Shown: positions 24,517-37,925 of the stretch, in pieces
How positions within the stretch are numbered: position 1 is the first letter of the stretch
Layout of the letters: the number at the start of each line of letters is the position of its first letter
Source of the DNA: Strigamia acuminata
Taxonomy: Eukaryota
DNA: 64,000 nt
Direction: 5' to 3'
Assembly: GCA_949358305.1 (NCBI GenBank)
Contig: OX442314.1
Location: forward strand, 30,814,001 to 30,878,000
Notes under the pieces: model-generated
Databases searched by the model: none
Told to the model about the DNA's origin: nothing
The model's input: only the letters and a program-made list of their open reading frames with translations
Position numbers and translations under genes: made by a program

Positions 24517-25413
24517 AAGAACATTTTCAAATTTCCCAGAATTTCACATTCGATCGCCTTTAGTGGACCGTAACGCTACGGTTTTTTTACCAAATAAAAA
24601 TACAAAAAATACAGGGTTGCGCAGATCTTGATTTCCAATCGATTGGGCTTGGTTCCAGAATTTTTGGACCTCATTTCCATACAGTAAACATATAAAAACG
24701 AGTCGCAACAAAAAATTTGGCATCCATTGTAGCAAACGGAATCTGCCAGGTGGCGCTCCGGTTTGCTTAAATTTCGCAGTAAATCAGCATTTATCATTAA
24801 TCAGCTTCCTTTTAACTACTTTTAATATCAATATTATTGTTATATTTGGAAAGTAGACCAAAAACTGTATCAGAAAAGTCTACTTTCCAATCTTATGATT
24901 AGTTTTTTAATTCATTTTTTAGGAAATTAAACAAACGGAAGTTGAACCACACAAATGTTCTAGTGAAGTTAAATAAAAGTCTTTAATAAAATAAATTGTC
25001 TTTTTGAAGAAAATGTAAATCAGTCTCGCTTTACTTTCAATGGGGTCACTAAAAAATCAGTATACAATTTGCCATTTTAGGACACCGGTTATACAAACGT
25101 TCGATTATCCGAACAGTTTAGGCGATTTTTAATCGATTTTTGACCAATTCTTATCGGTTTTTTAATCAATTTTTAATGTTTTCACATATTTTAAACCGGT
25201 TTTTAATGTTTTTTTGTCAATTTTTATCCATTTTTGGTCGGTTTTAATGCTTTTTAACAATATTTTAATGAATTTTTATTTTCGTATGCTTGATTTTGTA
25301 TGTTCGATTATCTGAAAAATTCGGTTTTATGAACACCCAAGATACAGATATACTTTCAATGGTGTAGTTGGGGATTGAGTAGACTACACTATAAAAAAGG
25401 CAGGATTATTTTT

Positions 25414-25864
25414 TCATTCGCATGTGCAGATTCCATCCCGCCATCCATGTTTGGTCATCGTTGTATTTACATAATTGTACAGAGTTGTCTTCTTATCACC
25501 ACGAGACGACCAGCACGTCACATATTTGCAAACATTTTGCAATGTTTGTTCTTTCGTTTCTATAACAAATATATAAAATATAATATAATGTAATATAATA
25601 TACTGGTAATATAATACCACAAAATACATGGCTCATTGCACCAAGCATGTCTAGTTTGCATTTTGGATAAAAAACATCCCATGTGGGGAGAGCGACAGTA
25701 TTGTCAGGAGTGTTGAAAACGTTTTCACAGTAATGATCCGCATCATTACAAAGGGCGACTAATTTCCAATTTTTCTCCAAATCCGCTTTAATTTGATCTT
25801 GACTCCCTGCATTCGTGCGACAAGAAGACAAACTCAAAACGAAACAAACAATCAACTGCCTCAT
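25414..25864 (-). CDS. Secreted 8-Cys protein, copy B (intron 25560-25617)
   Basis: Close paralogue of copy A, intact after splicing. Confidence 0.85.
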
Positions 25865-26009
25865 CTTGTCACAGCAAGTTGAAATGAATTCAGATGATAG
25901 TGTGGAGCGTATCCTGTATAATTAATTTATATTGCTTTCCAAACAATAACTGCACCCCATAAACCCTACATTAATTAAAATAATCAATAAAATCAGAAGA
26001 ATCCGATCA

Positions 26010-28132
26010 GTTACGTACGGCAAATCAATTGAGGGGGGGAAGAATCTCGAAATAATCCTAGATCTTTCGTTGGAAATTCATTCCCCCTGGATTGAAATGA
26101 TTTTGTGATATTGTGTTGTTGTGTTGTGTGTATTTTGTGTATGTTCTTTTGGTTAACCATTTGGTTTCTAGTTGATTTGTTTGCAAGGAACCGTTGCATG
26201 ATTCTACAGAATCATGCAGTCGACCAATTGAAGGTGCAGGGCTGGATACTAATGTATACCTTTGGTATATAAACTTTAATTATTTTGATTACTAAAGTTA
26301 GAATAATCTCTTTCTGTCTCAGAATATCAGTGTTGTATCTCGTTCATCAAATCGCGAACTAGTTTAAGTTCGCGTTTATCACCATGTGAACTAGTTCACA
26401 TTTGCGTTCAGTTCACTTTTTTTCAAAGTGAACTAAGTTCTAGTTCGCGAACTTGAACCAATAGTTCAGTTCACTTTTCAAATTTTTTTTTTAAAAAATT
26501 GAAACGTTTTTTTTATGTTTTGTTGTATGCAGATGAAAAAAAAAAACACTTTTTTTTGTAAAGCAGTCGTTTTCATTGCTTTTAATGATGAATACGGCTG
26601 ATTTTGCCGTTTTCGTTGTAAAAAGTGATCAAATTGAATGTGTTGATGATGAAAACGTCATGAAAACGTTTAAAACCAATGCAAAAAGTTACGTTTTTGC
26701 GAAGTTTTCATCATCAAACATGGTGAACGCGAACTTTGTTCTAGTTCATTGTTAAAAGTGAACTAAGTTCGTTTTTTCCGTTCACTTGTAAAAGTGAACT
26801 AGTTCCCGTCCTTAGTTCGCGAACTAACGAACTTAGTTTGCGTTCGATACAACACTGCGAATATGGACAGATTTCCAATATTCATTTATGATTAAATCAT
26901 TATTATTAATTTCTTTAAATTAGTCATTGATAACTTCTAATGACAGACTCTTTGCATTTCCACCCACATTAAAAACAGTAATAATGTTAGCATCATCACA
27001 GGTATATTCTTGCAATTTTTTCAGCTGACCAAGCCATGTGTTTACATAACTTGGTCAGCTGAAATTATAAAAGATGTTTGAAAACTTATGCAGGAGAAGA
27101 TTAATTTAATTTTATAAAAGGAACATTTCATATGCTTATTCTTTGACAAAGGTTTTGCCATAAAAAACATCAAAATGAATCAAATTGTCAATTTTAGATT
27201 GTTGGTTTTCACTATTCCTATTCATTTTGCCAGAGAAGTTGAATGCAAAATCGCAACATCTGGTGTGGATTTTGTGCGTAAACATGACGTCATTGCGAAA
27301 CGAGCCTCGGTTTCGCGTACCATTACAGTTGGCCCCCTTTTCTCATCCTTCTCTTCTATATCCTTGCTGCTACGCAGGGGACACTTGATACCGTTCTGCA
27401 TGGCAAGGCGATTCTATCGATGGCAATATTGTGATTGCGACCGGAAGCCTAATCACTATTTTCATAGCAAACAATATGGACAATAAATATTAACTTGAAT
27501 ACAAGTTAAACAATTAAGTCAGAAGACTTAATTATATTACATTGAACCCAATGTAACAATAAATTCGAGACAATTTATTGACGAAACATCTGGAAGGAAT
27601 CACAACGTTACAAATTAAATATAATTCGTAATTGGAATATTGATAAGTATATGAATACATTTACTTACACCAATATCCTCCCAAAGTTGTGGCGGTGCAC
27701 GAAAGTCAACCGCACCGCTCGGATCAATCAACCCATCGACACACGATGACTTACACAACGAACCAAGATAGCCAAGCAGACCCGGACTCGAGAACGCAGC
27801 CAGACCGGCCCCAATGACATCTAGTATACCTGGTCGAGCGGTGATTCAGACCGTTCCCGAATCCAGGACCCCAAAGACACGTAATGATATTATTTTAGGG
27901 CTATTTACAGCCAACTTACATATAGTTTAGAAGTGATTTCACTTGCCAAATGTTGGCATTAGTCTTATGTATAACTTAGTATCGATTCTATTGTTGGTAA
28001 CAATAAACTGTAGTGTTTTGATAACTCTCTTGTCTTGTATTTAACTCTTGTAATTATTCACTGTGAACCAACCTTTATGCGACTTATACCCGGTACTAGC
28101 AAAGCTAGGGAGTTGTGGTCGTCACTGTCACA
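26010..28132 (+). mobile_element. 5'-truncated solo LTR of the family at 11364-13285, with internal insertions
   Basis: 26125-26235 matches ~12125-12185; 27380-28132 matches ~12560-13285. Ends GTCACA with no PBS following. Confidence 0.75.
26328..26857. mobile_element. hAT-like MITE
   Basis: TIR CAGTGTTGTATC...GATACAACACTG; many GAACTAGTTC/GTGAAC subterminal motifs; imperfect GAATAT flanking repeat. Confidence 0.75.
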
Positions 28133-28567
28133 GGATGCCTGTTGCCCAAATATTTTCAAATTTCCCCCTGAATTTCCCATTCGATCACCGACTTTGGTGG
28201 ATCGTAACGCTACGTTTTTTTGACCAAATAAAAATATAAAAAAACAGGGTTGTGCAGATTTTTAATGTTTTCACATATTTTTAAACGACGTTTAATGTTT
28301 TCTTTGTAAATTTTTATCCATTTTTGGTCGGTTTTACTGCTTTTTAACAATATTTTAATGAATTTTTATTTTCGTATGCTTGATTTCATATGTTCGATTA
28401 TCTGAACAATTCGGTTTTATGAACACCCAAGTATCCGAAATCAGTTCGGATAATCGAAGCTTTTGATTGATTTAATTGAATTTATTTGTTAGAAATAGAT
28501 ATAATAATTTCAATGGTGTGGTTGGGGATTGAGTAGACTACACTATAAAAAAGGCAGGATTATTTTT

Positions 28568-28991
28568 TCATTCGCATGTACAGGTTCCATTGTGCCATCC
28601 ATGTTTGGTCATCGTTGTATTTTTATACGTGTACAGAGTTGTCTTCTTATCACCACGAGACGACCAGCACGTCACATATTTGCAAACATTTTGCAATGTT
28701 TGTTCTTTCGTTTCTATATCAAATAGATAAAATATAATATAATGAAATATAATATACCGGTAATATAATACCACAAAATGCATGGCTCACTGCACCAAGC
28801 ACGTCCCGTTTGCATTTTGGATAAAAAACATCCCATGTTTTGAAAATGTTTTCACAGTAATGATCCGCATCTTTACAAAGGGCGACTATTTTCCAATTTT
28901 TTTCCAACTCCGCTCTAATTAGATGTTGGCTTACTGCATTCGTGCAACAAGAAGACAAACTTAAAACGAAACAAACAATCAACAGCCTCAT
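28568..28991 (-). CDS. Secreted 8-Cys protein, copy C (intron 28714-28771; short variable loop)
   Basis: Paralogue of A and B. The in-frame stop lies inside the intron, so the spliced product is intact. Confidence 0.85.
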
Positions 28992-30064
28992 CTTGCAACA
29001 GCAAGTTGAAATGTATTCATATGATAGTGTCGATGTAGATAAGCGTGGAGCGTATCCTGTATAATTAATTTACATTGCTTTCCAAACAATAACTTCATCC
29101 CATAAACCCCACATTAATTAAAACAATCAATAAATTCAGAAGAATCCGGCTCCATCACATTAATTAATATAAAATAACACTCTTCATATCTAAACTTTAA
29201 CGTGATGCAGACTGATGTTTTGCTTCTGCAAATTCGGCGTAACGATGCCTTCGCCCGGGCTTCTGTGTCTCCCAACGTGATTAGCACCCACAAGGGTGTT
29301 AAATCTTGTGACCAGCTGCCCCCGCAGACTGATCACTCACCTGCAATTCCCGCTGGGGTGTCCGTTTTTCCGAATTTGATGCGCCATGGAAATCCCTGAC
29401 GCAAAACCGCCCAAGAAAACGCTTCGTCGCCCGCACAAACAAATCCAAATACACCCAATCATCGAGGAACCTCCTAACGACAAAATGGTTTTCGAATTTG
29501 GAGAAAAACGCGTCCAATTGGCGCTCAGTCATTTTCGAAAGCAAAAAGTAAGTTATGGCCGGATTTGTTATGAATCCAGATAAAACGATATTAGGTTTAA
29601 TACAAATCAATGCGTCCTCGCCATAGTACATTAAGTGGATAAGTGAGGAAAAAACACAGGAAGGATGTTCGCTCCAAATATGGTAGGAGCGTCCCCAAGT
29701 AATATAAAAAACTCAAACTACATAGATTACACAACGACATCAAGTGGTGATTTTTACACCAAATATTCTCAACAGGATTGGTTGCTAGCGGCAAATCGTT
29801 AATTGCGTCCACGCATTCGTCTCTTTCCTCGTGCATTAACAGCGTGCATTAACTCTCCTTGTTGATGGTTTGGAGTAAAATATGTTTAAATTACGAAATT
29901 AACCAAATGAACGAGTAGAAGATGGTATACAAATATACAGTATAAACCTACAAATAGAATGTGTGAAAAATGATTCGAAAAGAATTAATTTGTTTATTAT
30001 ATTTAATTAACATTCATAAAGTTTAAAATAAATAAAAATTAGGGAATATTTTTGTGAATCCCCA

Positions 30065-32098
30065 TCAATTCGATCTACAACTTGACAGTTGCAATCGTCC
30101 GATCAAATTGATCTTTCCTCGTTTCTCAACTTTTCCATTCCGAACCAAACCAAACTCGTCGTTTATCCAAAACCGCGTGTCCTTTTCCAACTCCGACGCC
30201 GACTTAACATTCGGACGACACACCACAACACCCACCGCAACCAACGACCACATCGTTCTCCTCAACTCCGCCTCGCACAGCTCGGTTGCCAACCCAAGTT
30301 CCCCGAACGAAATCAGCTCGTGCGGACGCTCGTTCCAAGCGAACAGCACCGTCACTTGAAAACACGTCACCTCCAGATCGAACTTGCCCACCGAATTGGC
30401 GAACGAAATCGTCCCAGTCGACAACTGATGCTGCCAAATAAGTTTCCTCCTTGGCTCCTGGTGCTGCTTCTTATAGAAGACCTCCATGTCGGAACAATAT
30501 CTCCCGAGCTCGGCCGGCAACGAAACCGGAACCACTTCATTATTCCGATCCCACGCGGAAGCGCTGAAAACTTTACTCGAAAATTTAAGATCGCAGCGGT
30601 CTCGCCGGAAGTCGTGATTTAAATCGCGGCTGCTTTTAACGTCGCGCAACATTTGCTTAAACCTGAACAGGTAATCGGACGACATTCCAATGTCCTTCAT
30701 GTTTTCGACCACTTCCGCCTCCATCTCGATGTCCGCCGACGTCTCCAAGACCAAACGCCTCGTCAAATGCGACTTGTAGAATTTCATGAAGACGTTTTTG
30801 TTGCCTAAATATTTCAGCAACGAAATCACGTCTTTCAACTTGCCGTCGATGTCTCCGGAAGTGAGTTTCTTGCGCAGTTGCGTCCTCCGCAACAACATGT
30901 CGCAAAAATTGGCCAAAAACTCCGCACATTGGCTGCAATCGTTGGTGATTGTCTTGAACGCTTTGTCTCGCGACGAAAGAGCTCTCGGGTCATTTTCATA
31001 CGCCACGTCGACCAATCGGTTGAACCTGTGGAACAGATCCAGCAGTCGTTGCACGTATTTCGCGCTATCCTCAAGAACACTTGCGGACATCTCCGCCAAG
31101 CACACGTCCACAATGGGCTCCTCTAATTTCGCGAGCATTGCGGTGCAGTCATCGGGCATTAGACTCATCAATCGATACATAATTTGCAGGTTTTCGGCGT
31201 CGTTTTGCTTCACCATCCCGGCAAATTGCGCTAAGATGGTTTCTTTAAACGGAACCACGAATAGATCGCCCCAAATACTCGTCAGCGCTTGTTGCGAGGC
31301 GTCGTCCGATTCCAAATACTTTTTTCCTCTTTCAGCTTCTTCTCTGATCTTCAAATCCGCGTATTTCATATATTCCTCGACTCCGTTCGTCGCCAAGTAC
31401 TCGGGCGCTTTAACGAGGTAAAAAGCATTTGTGTTCGCTACGTAATCTTTCTCGAACAGTTCTCGATAAACGGACAAATGGTGGTTCCCAAAATTGCTTA
31501 AGTTGAGGTTCGGTTCGTCCAATCCTAACAGTCGCTGAAGGTCGGGGGAAATCTCGTCTTCCGCTACGGTCAGAAGTTGAGCGGCGTTTAAATCCACGTA
31601 GGATTTGCGTACTGCAATTACCAATTGCAATTCGCACACTTCCCCGTTTCTCTCCTTTTCAATTAATTGAGTAACGACTCGTTGTAAATCCTGCTTAAAT
31701 TTTGACAACACGCAATTATTCCAACCATTTAGCATGATCCTGCAAACTTTGTCGCGATTTTGGTCGTATTTCGACCGAATTTTCGTCGGCACGGGGCGAA
31801 TTACTTTTGCCAAACGGTTGCAGGCTTCGTTAAAATTCTTCCATTCATGGATGTATGCTTTGACGAGTGCTTGGGCCTTTCGACGCGACAGTCGTCGTCT
31901 TGCGAGCCGCATCGCGGTCGAAACATCTTCTCGGAAGGTTGCGTACATTTTTATTTCTCCGTCTTCGTGGGAATGAACTGCATGCGCCGTGGCAACGAAT
32001 GCCTGCCATTTGACCTTAGAAATTGGTTTGTTCCGAAGAATGCGGACAGTTTCGATATGAATGGTTTCCAAGAGCGAGTTCAAATTTGAGACAGACAT
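30065..32098 (-). CDS. CUL5: Intronless, diverged cullin-5-like protein (677 aa) lacking the C-terminal neddylation domain
   Basis: LANFCDMLLRRT.L.KKLTS, HLTRRLVLETSAD.E.E, GKFDLEVT.FQ..VLFAWNERP, ELRRTMWSLVA and KRGKINLIGRLQL are CUL5-specific. Stop follows 6 codons later. Confidence 0.88.
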   Translation of the reverse strand: MSVSNLNSLLETIHIETVRILRNKPISKVKWQAFVATAHAVHSHEDGEIKMYATFREDVSTAMRLARRRLSRRKAQALVKAYIHEWKNFNEACNRLAKVIRPVPTKIRSKYDQNRDKVCRIMLNGWNNCVLSKFKQDLQRVVTQLIEKERNGEVCELQLVIAVRKSYVDLNAAQLLTVAEDEISPDLQRLLGLDEPNLNLSNFGNHHLSVYRELFEKDYVANTNAFYLVKAPEYLATNGVEEYMKYADLKIREEAERGKKYLESDDASQQALTSIWGDLFVVPFKETILAQFAGMVKQNDAENLQIMYRLMSLMPDDCTAMLAKLEEPIVDVCLAEMSASVLEDSAKYVQRLLDLFHRFNRLVDVAYENDPRALSSRDKAFKTITNDCSQCAEFLANFCDMLLRRTQLRKKLTSGDIDGKLKDVISLLKYLGNKNVFMKFYKSHLTRRLVLETSADIEMEAEVVENMKDIGMSSDYLFRFKQMLRDVKSSRDLNHDFRRDRCDLKFSSKVFSASAWDRNNEVVPVSLPAELGRYCSDMEVFYKKQHQEPRRKLIWQHQLSTGTISFANSVGKFDLEVTCFQVTVLFAWNERPHELISFGELGLATELCEAELRRTMWSLVAVGVVVCRPNVKSASELEKDTRFWINDEFGLVRNGKVEKRGKINLIGRLQLSSCRSN

Positions 32099-32359
32099 GT
32101 CGAAATGGAAACACAAATTCAAAGTTTAGATGATTGGGATAAGGTAGATGTGCCACATATATAGTCGCTTTGATGCGAACGTTATTCAAACGTAAAATGG
32201 GAACGTCTGTCGAACGATGCAACCGTACATTTATTTATTTTTTAAAATTTATTTTGCTGATTATGTTTTTTTTTTGTTATTTTCTTACTGCTGCACGTGG
32301 GTACAACGTCGACTGGGAAAACGTCACGATTTTTACGAGTAGGTGGAGGATGTATACAT

Positions 32360-32660
32360 ACGTGATTCATACAAGCTCCCCCATCGCTTCACTGCAGCGC
32401 ATCAAAGTAATTTGGTGTTTTTGAGAGTAAGCAATAAATTTAATTTGACCAATCAGGGTGAGACTAACTTTTATTTTTATTTTTTGTTAAAAAATGGTTA
32501 CAATTTTGGTTGCATTCTTTATTGTTTATGCCACTTTATTCCAGTCTGTATAAAACTTCAAAAGAAGAATCAAAATTTCTTCATTGACCACGGTAGTAAA
32601 AACAAACGTTTCATAATCATTACATTCATTTAGATGGTAAGACGTACAGTAAAAATCATT
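32360..32660. repeat. ~300-bp segment duplicated at ~36150-36450
   Basis: AAGCTCCCCCATCGCTTCACTGCAGCGCATCAAAG...ACAGTAAAAATCATT present in both. Confidence 0.85.
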
Positions 32661-33008
32661 TATCATCAGTTTCGACAGCCCTGGCTTTTATCCGGATGGA
32701 GACCAGCAGGCCCGGTGCAATTAACATCCCCGTATCTTGGATAAGTAAGAATATTCTCTCGCATTCACCAAATCCTCGAACGACACAAGCACTCAGAGCG
32801 CTGCGGTTCAGGTTCACGTTGCTCAGTAAAATCAGCATTTATCATTAATCAGCTTTCTTAACTATTTTTAATATCAATTTTATTGTTATAATTGGAAAGT
32901 AGACCAAAAACTGTATCAGAAAAGTTTACTTTCCAATCATATGATTATTTTTTTGGGAAATTAAACAAACTGGAAGTTAAACTACAAATACAAATGTTCT
33001 AGTGAAGT

Positions 33009-34335
33009 TGTGACGGTTATAAAACTGTATAATTCGCGATTTACCGCCAGATGGCGCTATTTGAACTAAAAGTGTGTTTAAAAGTGTGTTTAAAAGTGTG
33101 AATCCTATTTAATTATAAGAATGTGTTGTTAAACATATTATTTCGGGTTGAATAACTCTAAAACATCTTTTATTAGTTGATATTGATTCCATTGAATCAA
33201 TATTCCATTAATAACCGTAATAATGTTTACCTGTTAAAGAGAACCAATTGGGCTCTTTCGGACCTAGTCTTCTGCAAGGTCCAGACTCGCTAATCCCAAA
33301 GTGACCTGCGAATCCATGGATTCTGATGTCCGATTGGTTATCACTAATCCTTCTGTTCTCCGGAATATATAAGCTCTGGTTTTCCACCAGATCTTCGGCT
33401 TGTTTTGTTTTTCTGTTTGGTTTCGTACTGTTCATTAAAGCATTTTGGGCCCCGTCAGTAGATTACCGTGTACCGGTAGTTGACTCTGTTGTATTTAGTG
33501 TTATCACGCGGGAAGGCTAACCCGGACAATAAATCCTGGTCTTTGGGATTCCGCTTTTGCAATCTAATTAATTACAAGACACCGCACTCGCGACCCAACT
33601 GATCGTCATCGCTCTTAGCATTCGGACTTTGGGCACCACCTGGTTCCCTCGCGACCCGAAGCCCGATATGACTATGTGGCGGATGGAGGCGTAATTATCA
33701 GATAAGTTGGATAGTACTAATTTGATGGTGCTCTACAACTTTGTAATTGACTTTTTTGCTCTAACCTGATTGGTTTAGAAGTTAGCAAGTGAATGACCTT
33801 GAAAATGGCCTTCAAGGTCAAATTTGATGACATCATTGGATTGCTCTCACCTAACTTCCTATATGATCGCTTCATCAAAGTTTGCCTAGATGCAATTGCT
33901 GAGGAAATATTTGAGGGGAACAGACTTTTGGTTCACCCTGTAGTTTCTAGTGTTGATCGAATCTTGTTTCCATTGATTGAATAATCGATGGAGTTATATC
34001 TCGGTAAATGCGGAGGAATCTCCGCATCTTCGTGCATTCTAGCCACGTGGTCGAATACGACCACGACCACGTAACGTTATTTGTGACGATGCCGCGAAGC
34101 CAGCCCTATCCCTCGGCCCGCCCCGGACATCCAACCAGATGTTGCCCCGTTGTTTCACGTGTATTTAGAACCCGGACTCTTGTTAATAAACAATACTAAT
34201 TATCGATATTGTATTGTAAGTTATTCATATTGTATTTTCACTTAGCACGCACACCTGTAGTTTATAGCTTATTTCGGTAGGTTAGGCTTATCTCATATTT
34301 TACCTAGAAAAGGTAGAAAAGGTAGAATCGTCACA
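33009..34335. mobile_element. Solo LTR with a 4-bp TSD, containing one arm of the 21802-type element (~33700-33940)
   Basis: TGTGACG...CGTCACA flanked by AAGT on both sides. The empty site is visible at ~24955-24980. Confidence 0.88.
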
Positions 34336-34847
34336 AAGTTAAATAAAAGTCTTTAATAAAATTAATTGTCTTTTGGAAGAAAATGTAAATCAGTCTCGCT
34401 TTACTTTCAACGGGGTCACTAAAAAATATGTGTCCTTTATATCCCAAAATTTGCCATTTCAGAACACCGGTTATCCGAACAACTTTAGGCGATTTTTAAT
34501 CGATTTTTGACCAATTCTTATCGGTTTTTTAATCAATTTTTAATGTTTTCACATATTTTTAACCGGTTTATAATGTTTTTTTGTCAATTTCTATCCATTT
34601 TTGGTCGGTTTTAATGCTTTCTAACAATATTTCAATGAATTTTTATTTTCGTATGCTTGATTTCATATGTTCGATTATCTGAACAATTCGGTTTTATGAA
34701 CACCCAAGTATCCGAAATCAGTTCGGATAATCGAAGCTTTTGATTTATTTAATTGAATTTATTTGTAGAAATAGATACAGATATAATTTCAATGGTGTAG
34801 TTGGGAATTGAGTAGACCACACTATAAAAAAGGCAGGATTAATTTTT

Positions 34848-35304
34848 TCATTCGCATGTGCAGATTCCATCGTGCCATCCATGTTTGGTCATCGTTGTAT
34901 TTACATAATTGTACAGAGTTGTCTTATTCTCACCACGAGACCACCAGCACGTCAGGTATTTGCAAACATTTTCCAATGTTTGTTCTTTCGTTTCTATAAC
35001 AAATAGATAAAATATAATATAATGTAATGTAATATACTGCTAATATAATACCACAAAATACATGGCTCATTGCACCAAGCATGTCCAGTTTGCATTTTGG
35101 ATAAAAAACATCCCATGTGGGGAGAGCCACAGTTTTGTTAGGAGTGTTGAAAATGTTTTCACAGTAATGATCTGCATCATTACAAAGGGCGACTAATTTC
35201 CAATTTTCTTCCAACTCCGCTCTAATTTGATGTTGGCTGTGGAACTCTGCATTCGTGCAACAAGAAGACAAACTCAGAACGAAGCAAACAATCAACAGCC
35301 TCAT
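34848..35304 (-). CDS. Secreted 8-Cys protein, copy D
   Basis: Same two-exon structure; C-terminus ETKEQTLENVCKYLTCWWSRG...WHDGICTCE*. Confidence 0.85.
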
Positions 35305-36960
35305 CTCGACAGTGTAGATGGAGATAAGCATGGAGCGTATTTTGTATAATTAATTTATATTGCTTTCCAAACAATAACTACATCCCATAAACCCCACATT
35401 AATTAAAACAATCAATAAAATCAGAAGAATCCGGCTCCATCACATTGATTAATATACAGGGTGAACAAAAAGTCTGTATCTTTACTTAATATTTTTGAAA
35501 GTGCTGACAATGCATCTGATCTAATGATGGCAAAGTACTCGTTCACAATTAACTCCTCGTCGCTGAATCGATGTCTTATCGGACTCAATTCCGCACTTCG
35601 TCTTCTCACTCGATCCGTCTCGGCCAGCTTGCGGCTCTTAGGCCGCAACGTTGTAACGTGACAAATTCACGAAATCTCTCCTCAACAGTCGTGTTGAGAC
35701 AAGATGACTCTAGCTGGAATTTTCCTCTCAGCTAGACAATTTCCCACCCAACTTGCAGTTGGCAAGAATAAAATTCCCGTGTCACAGTTGTGGTGACACA
35801 AGAAAGCTCCCACAATTACTTTGGTAATTGTAAGAAAAGAGTCTCAATACTCAGACAAATATCACAAAATCTACTTGAAGAATTCTAGGTTTTCAGGGGT
35901 AAATTTTCATGACTCGTTTTGCTCACTTGTCAGTTGGATTCAGACTGATTCTTTTCTGCTTTCTACAGGAAGCGTTTCCTGTTTGAGAATGCTGTGGGCT
36001 GGTTTCCTTGGCGACCACCCACATATTCTCCCGTTGTTTGACTTCCTTGTCTAGACACATGTATAAAAATAAACTCAAAAAATAAAAATAAAATAACTTT
36101 TTCAGACTCATTTCTGATTCTTCTACTAGTGACCACTAGGGTCACTACAACGTGATTAATATAAGCTCCCCCATCGCTTCACTGCAGCGCATCAAAGTAG
36201 TTTGGTGTTTTTGAGAGTAAGCAATGAATTTAATTTCACCAATCAGGGTGAGATTAACTTTTACTTTTATTTTTTGTTAAAAAATGGTTACAATTTTGGT
36301 TGCATTCTTTATTGTTTATGCCACTTTATTCCAGTGGGTATAAAATTTCGAAAGAAAAATCAAAATTTCTTCATTGACCACAGTAGTAAAAACAAACGCT
36401 TCATAATCATTACATTCATTTAGATGTTAAAACGTACAGTAAAAATCATTAAATCTTCCAATTACATAAATCTCCAAACCAGCTGTGGCAAAGTTACTTC
36501 GCGGACTAGATATTCACTTATCTTGGTGGAGTCAATAAGAGGTGCAAACTTTTTAAAGACTCGCACAAAAAAACAGTTGAAAAACTTTTGTAATACATAA
36601 ATCTTTTGAACTGTTTTATGTTTTATCTTCAAAAAAGGAAGACTAAAAACAAAAACAACTTTTAAAAACCAATTTATTGTGCAAATAGGAATTATTAACA
36701 AGTTTTTTTGTCAAACCGGTTCTTAATGTTTTTAAACGATTCTTAACCGGCTTTTAATGTTTTTTTGGTCAATTTTTATCCATTTTTGGTCGGTTTTAAT
36801 GCTTTTTAATAATATTTTAATGAATTTTTATTTTCAAATACCTCAATAATCGAGGCTTTTGATTGATTTGATTGAATTTATTTGTCAGAAATAGATACAG
36901 ATATAATTTCAATGGTGTAGTTGAAGATACTACACTACAAAAAAAGACATGATTTTTTTT

Positions 36961-37412
36961 TCATTCGCATGTACAGATTCCATCGCGCCATCCATGTTTG
37001 GTCATCGTTGTATTTACATAATTGTACAGAGTTGTCTTCTTATCACCACGAGACGACCAGCACGTCACATATTTGCAAACATTTTGCAATGTTTGTTCTT
37101 TCGTTTCTATAACAAATAGATAAAATATAATATAATGTAATATAATATACACGGTAATATAATACCACAAAATACATGGCTCATTGCACCAAGCATGTCC
37201 AGTTTGCATTTTGGATAAAAAACTTCCCATGTGGTGGGTTCGGCATTTTTGTCAGGATTGTTGAAAAGGTTTTCGCAGTAATGATCCGCATCATTACAAA
37301 GGGCGACTAATTTCCAATTTTTCTCCAAATCCGCTTTAATTTGATCTTGGCTCCCTCCATTCGTGCGACAAGAAGACAAAATCAAAACGAAACAAACAAT
37401 CAAAAGCCTCAT
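36961..37412 (-). CDS. Secreted 8-Cys protein, copy E
   Basis: Same structure. A 1-nt insertion confined to the intron shifts only the unspliced ORF. Confidence 0.85.
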
Positions 37413-37925
37413 CTTGTAACAGCAAGTCGAAATGAATTCAGATGACAGTGTAAATGCAGATAAGCGTGGAGCGTATCCTGTATAATTAATTTTTATTGCT
37501 TTCCAAACAATAACTACATTCCATAAACCCCACATTAATTAAAACAATCCATAAAATCAATAGAATCCGGCTCCATCACATTAATTAATATAGAATAACA
37601 CTTTTCATATCTCAACTTTAACTTGCAATTATTTAACTATTTTATTCATTCCTAGCGTAGAAAAATTTCCCTTCAGTTTAGCTGTTTTAATTTTATCTAC
37701 CAGGTGGCATTAAAATCCATTGAGATTCAATGACGTCAATCTTGACCCGGTCTCCCGTCTTGCCCTAACAACAGTATTAAAAGATAGACCGGGCAAATAA
37801 TGATAGATAAACTTAAAACAGCTAAACTGAAGGGAAGTACGACTGTGTGTTTGTTGATAAAAATTTGACTTGTAATTTATTTCAAAATCAGAATAAAATT
37901 TAAATGTCTAATGATCCAATAATTT

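Noticed and set aside
29386..29583. 65-aa ORF with a GTAAGT donor
   Set aside because: The nearby acceptors lead straight to stops; no recognisable homology.
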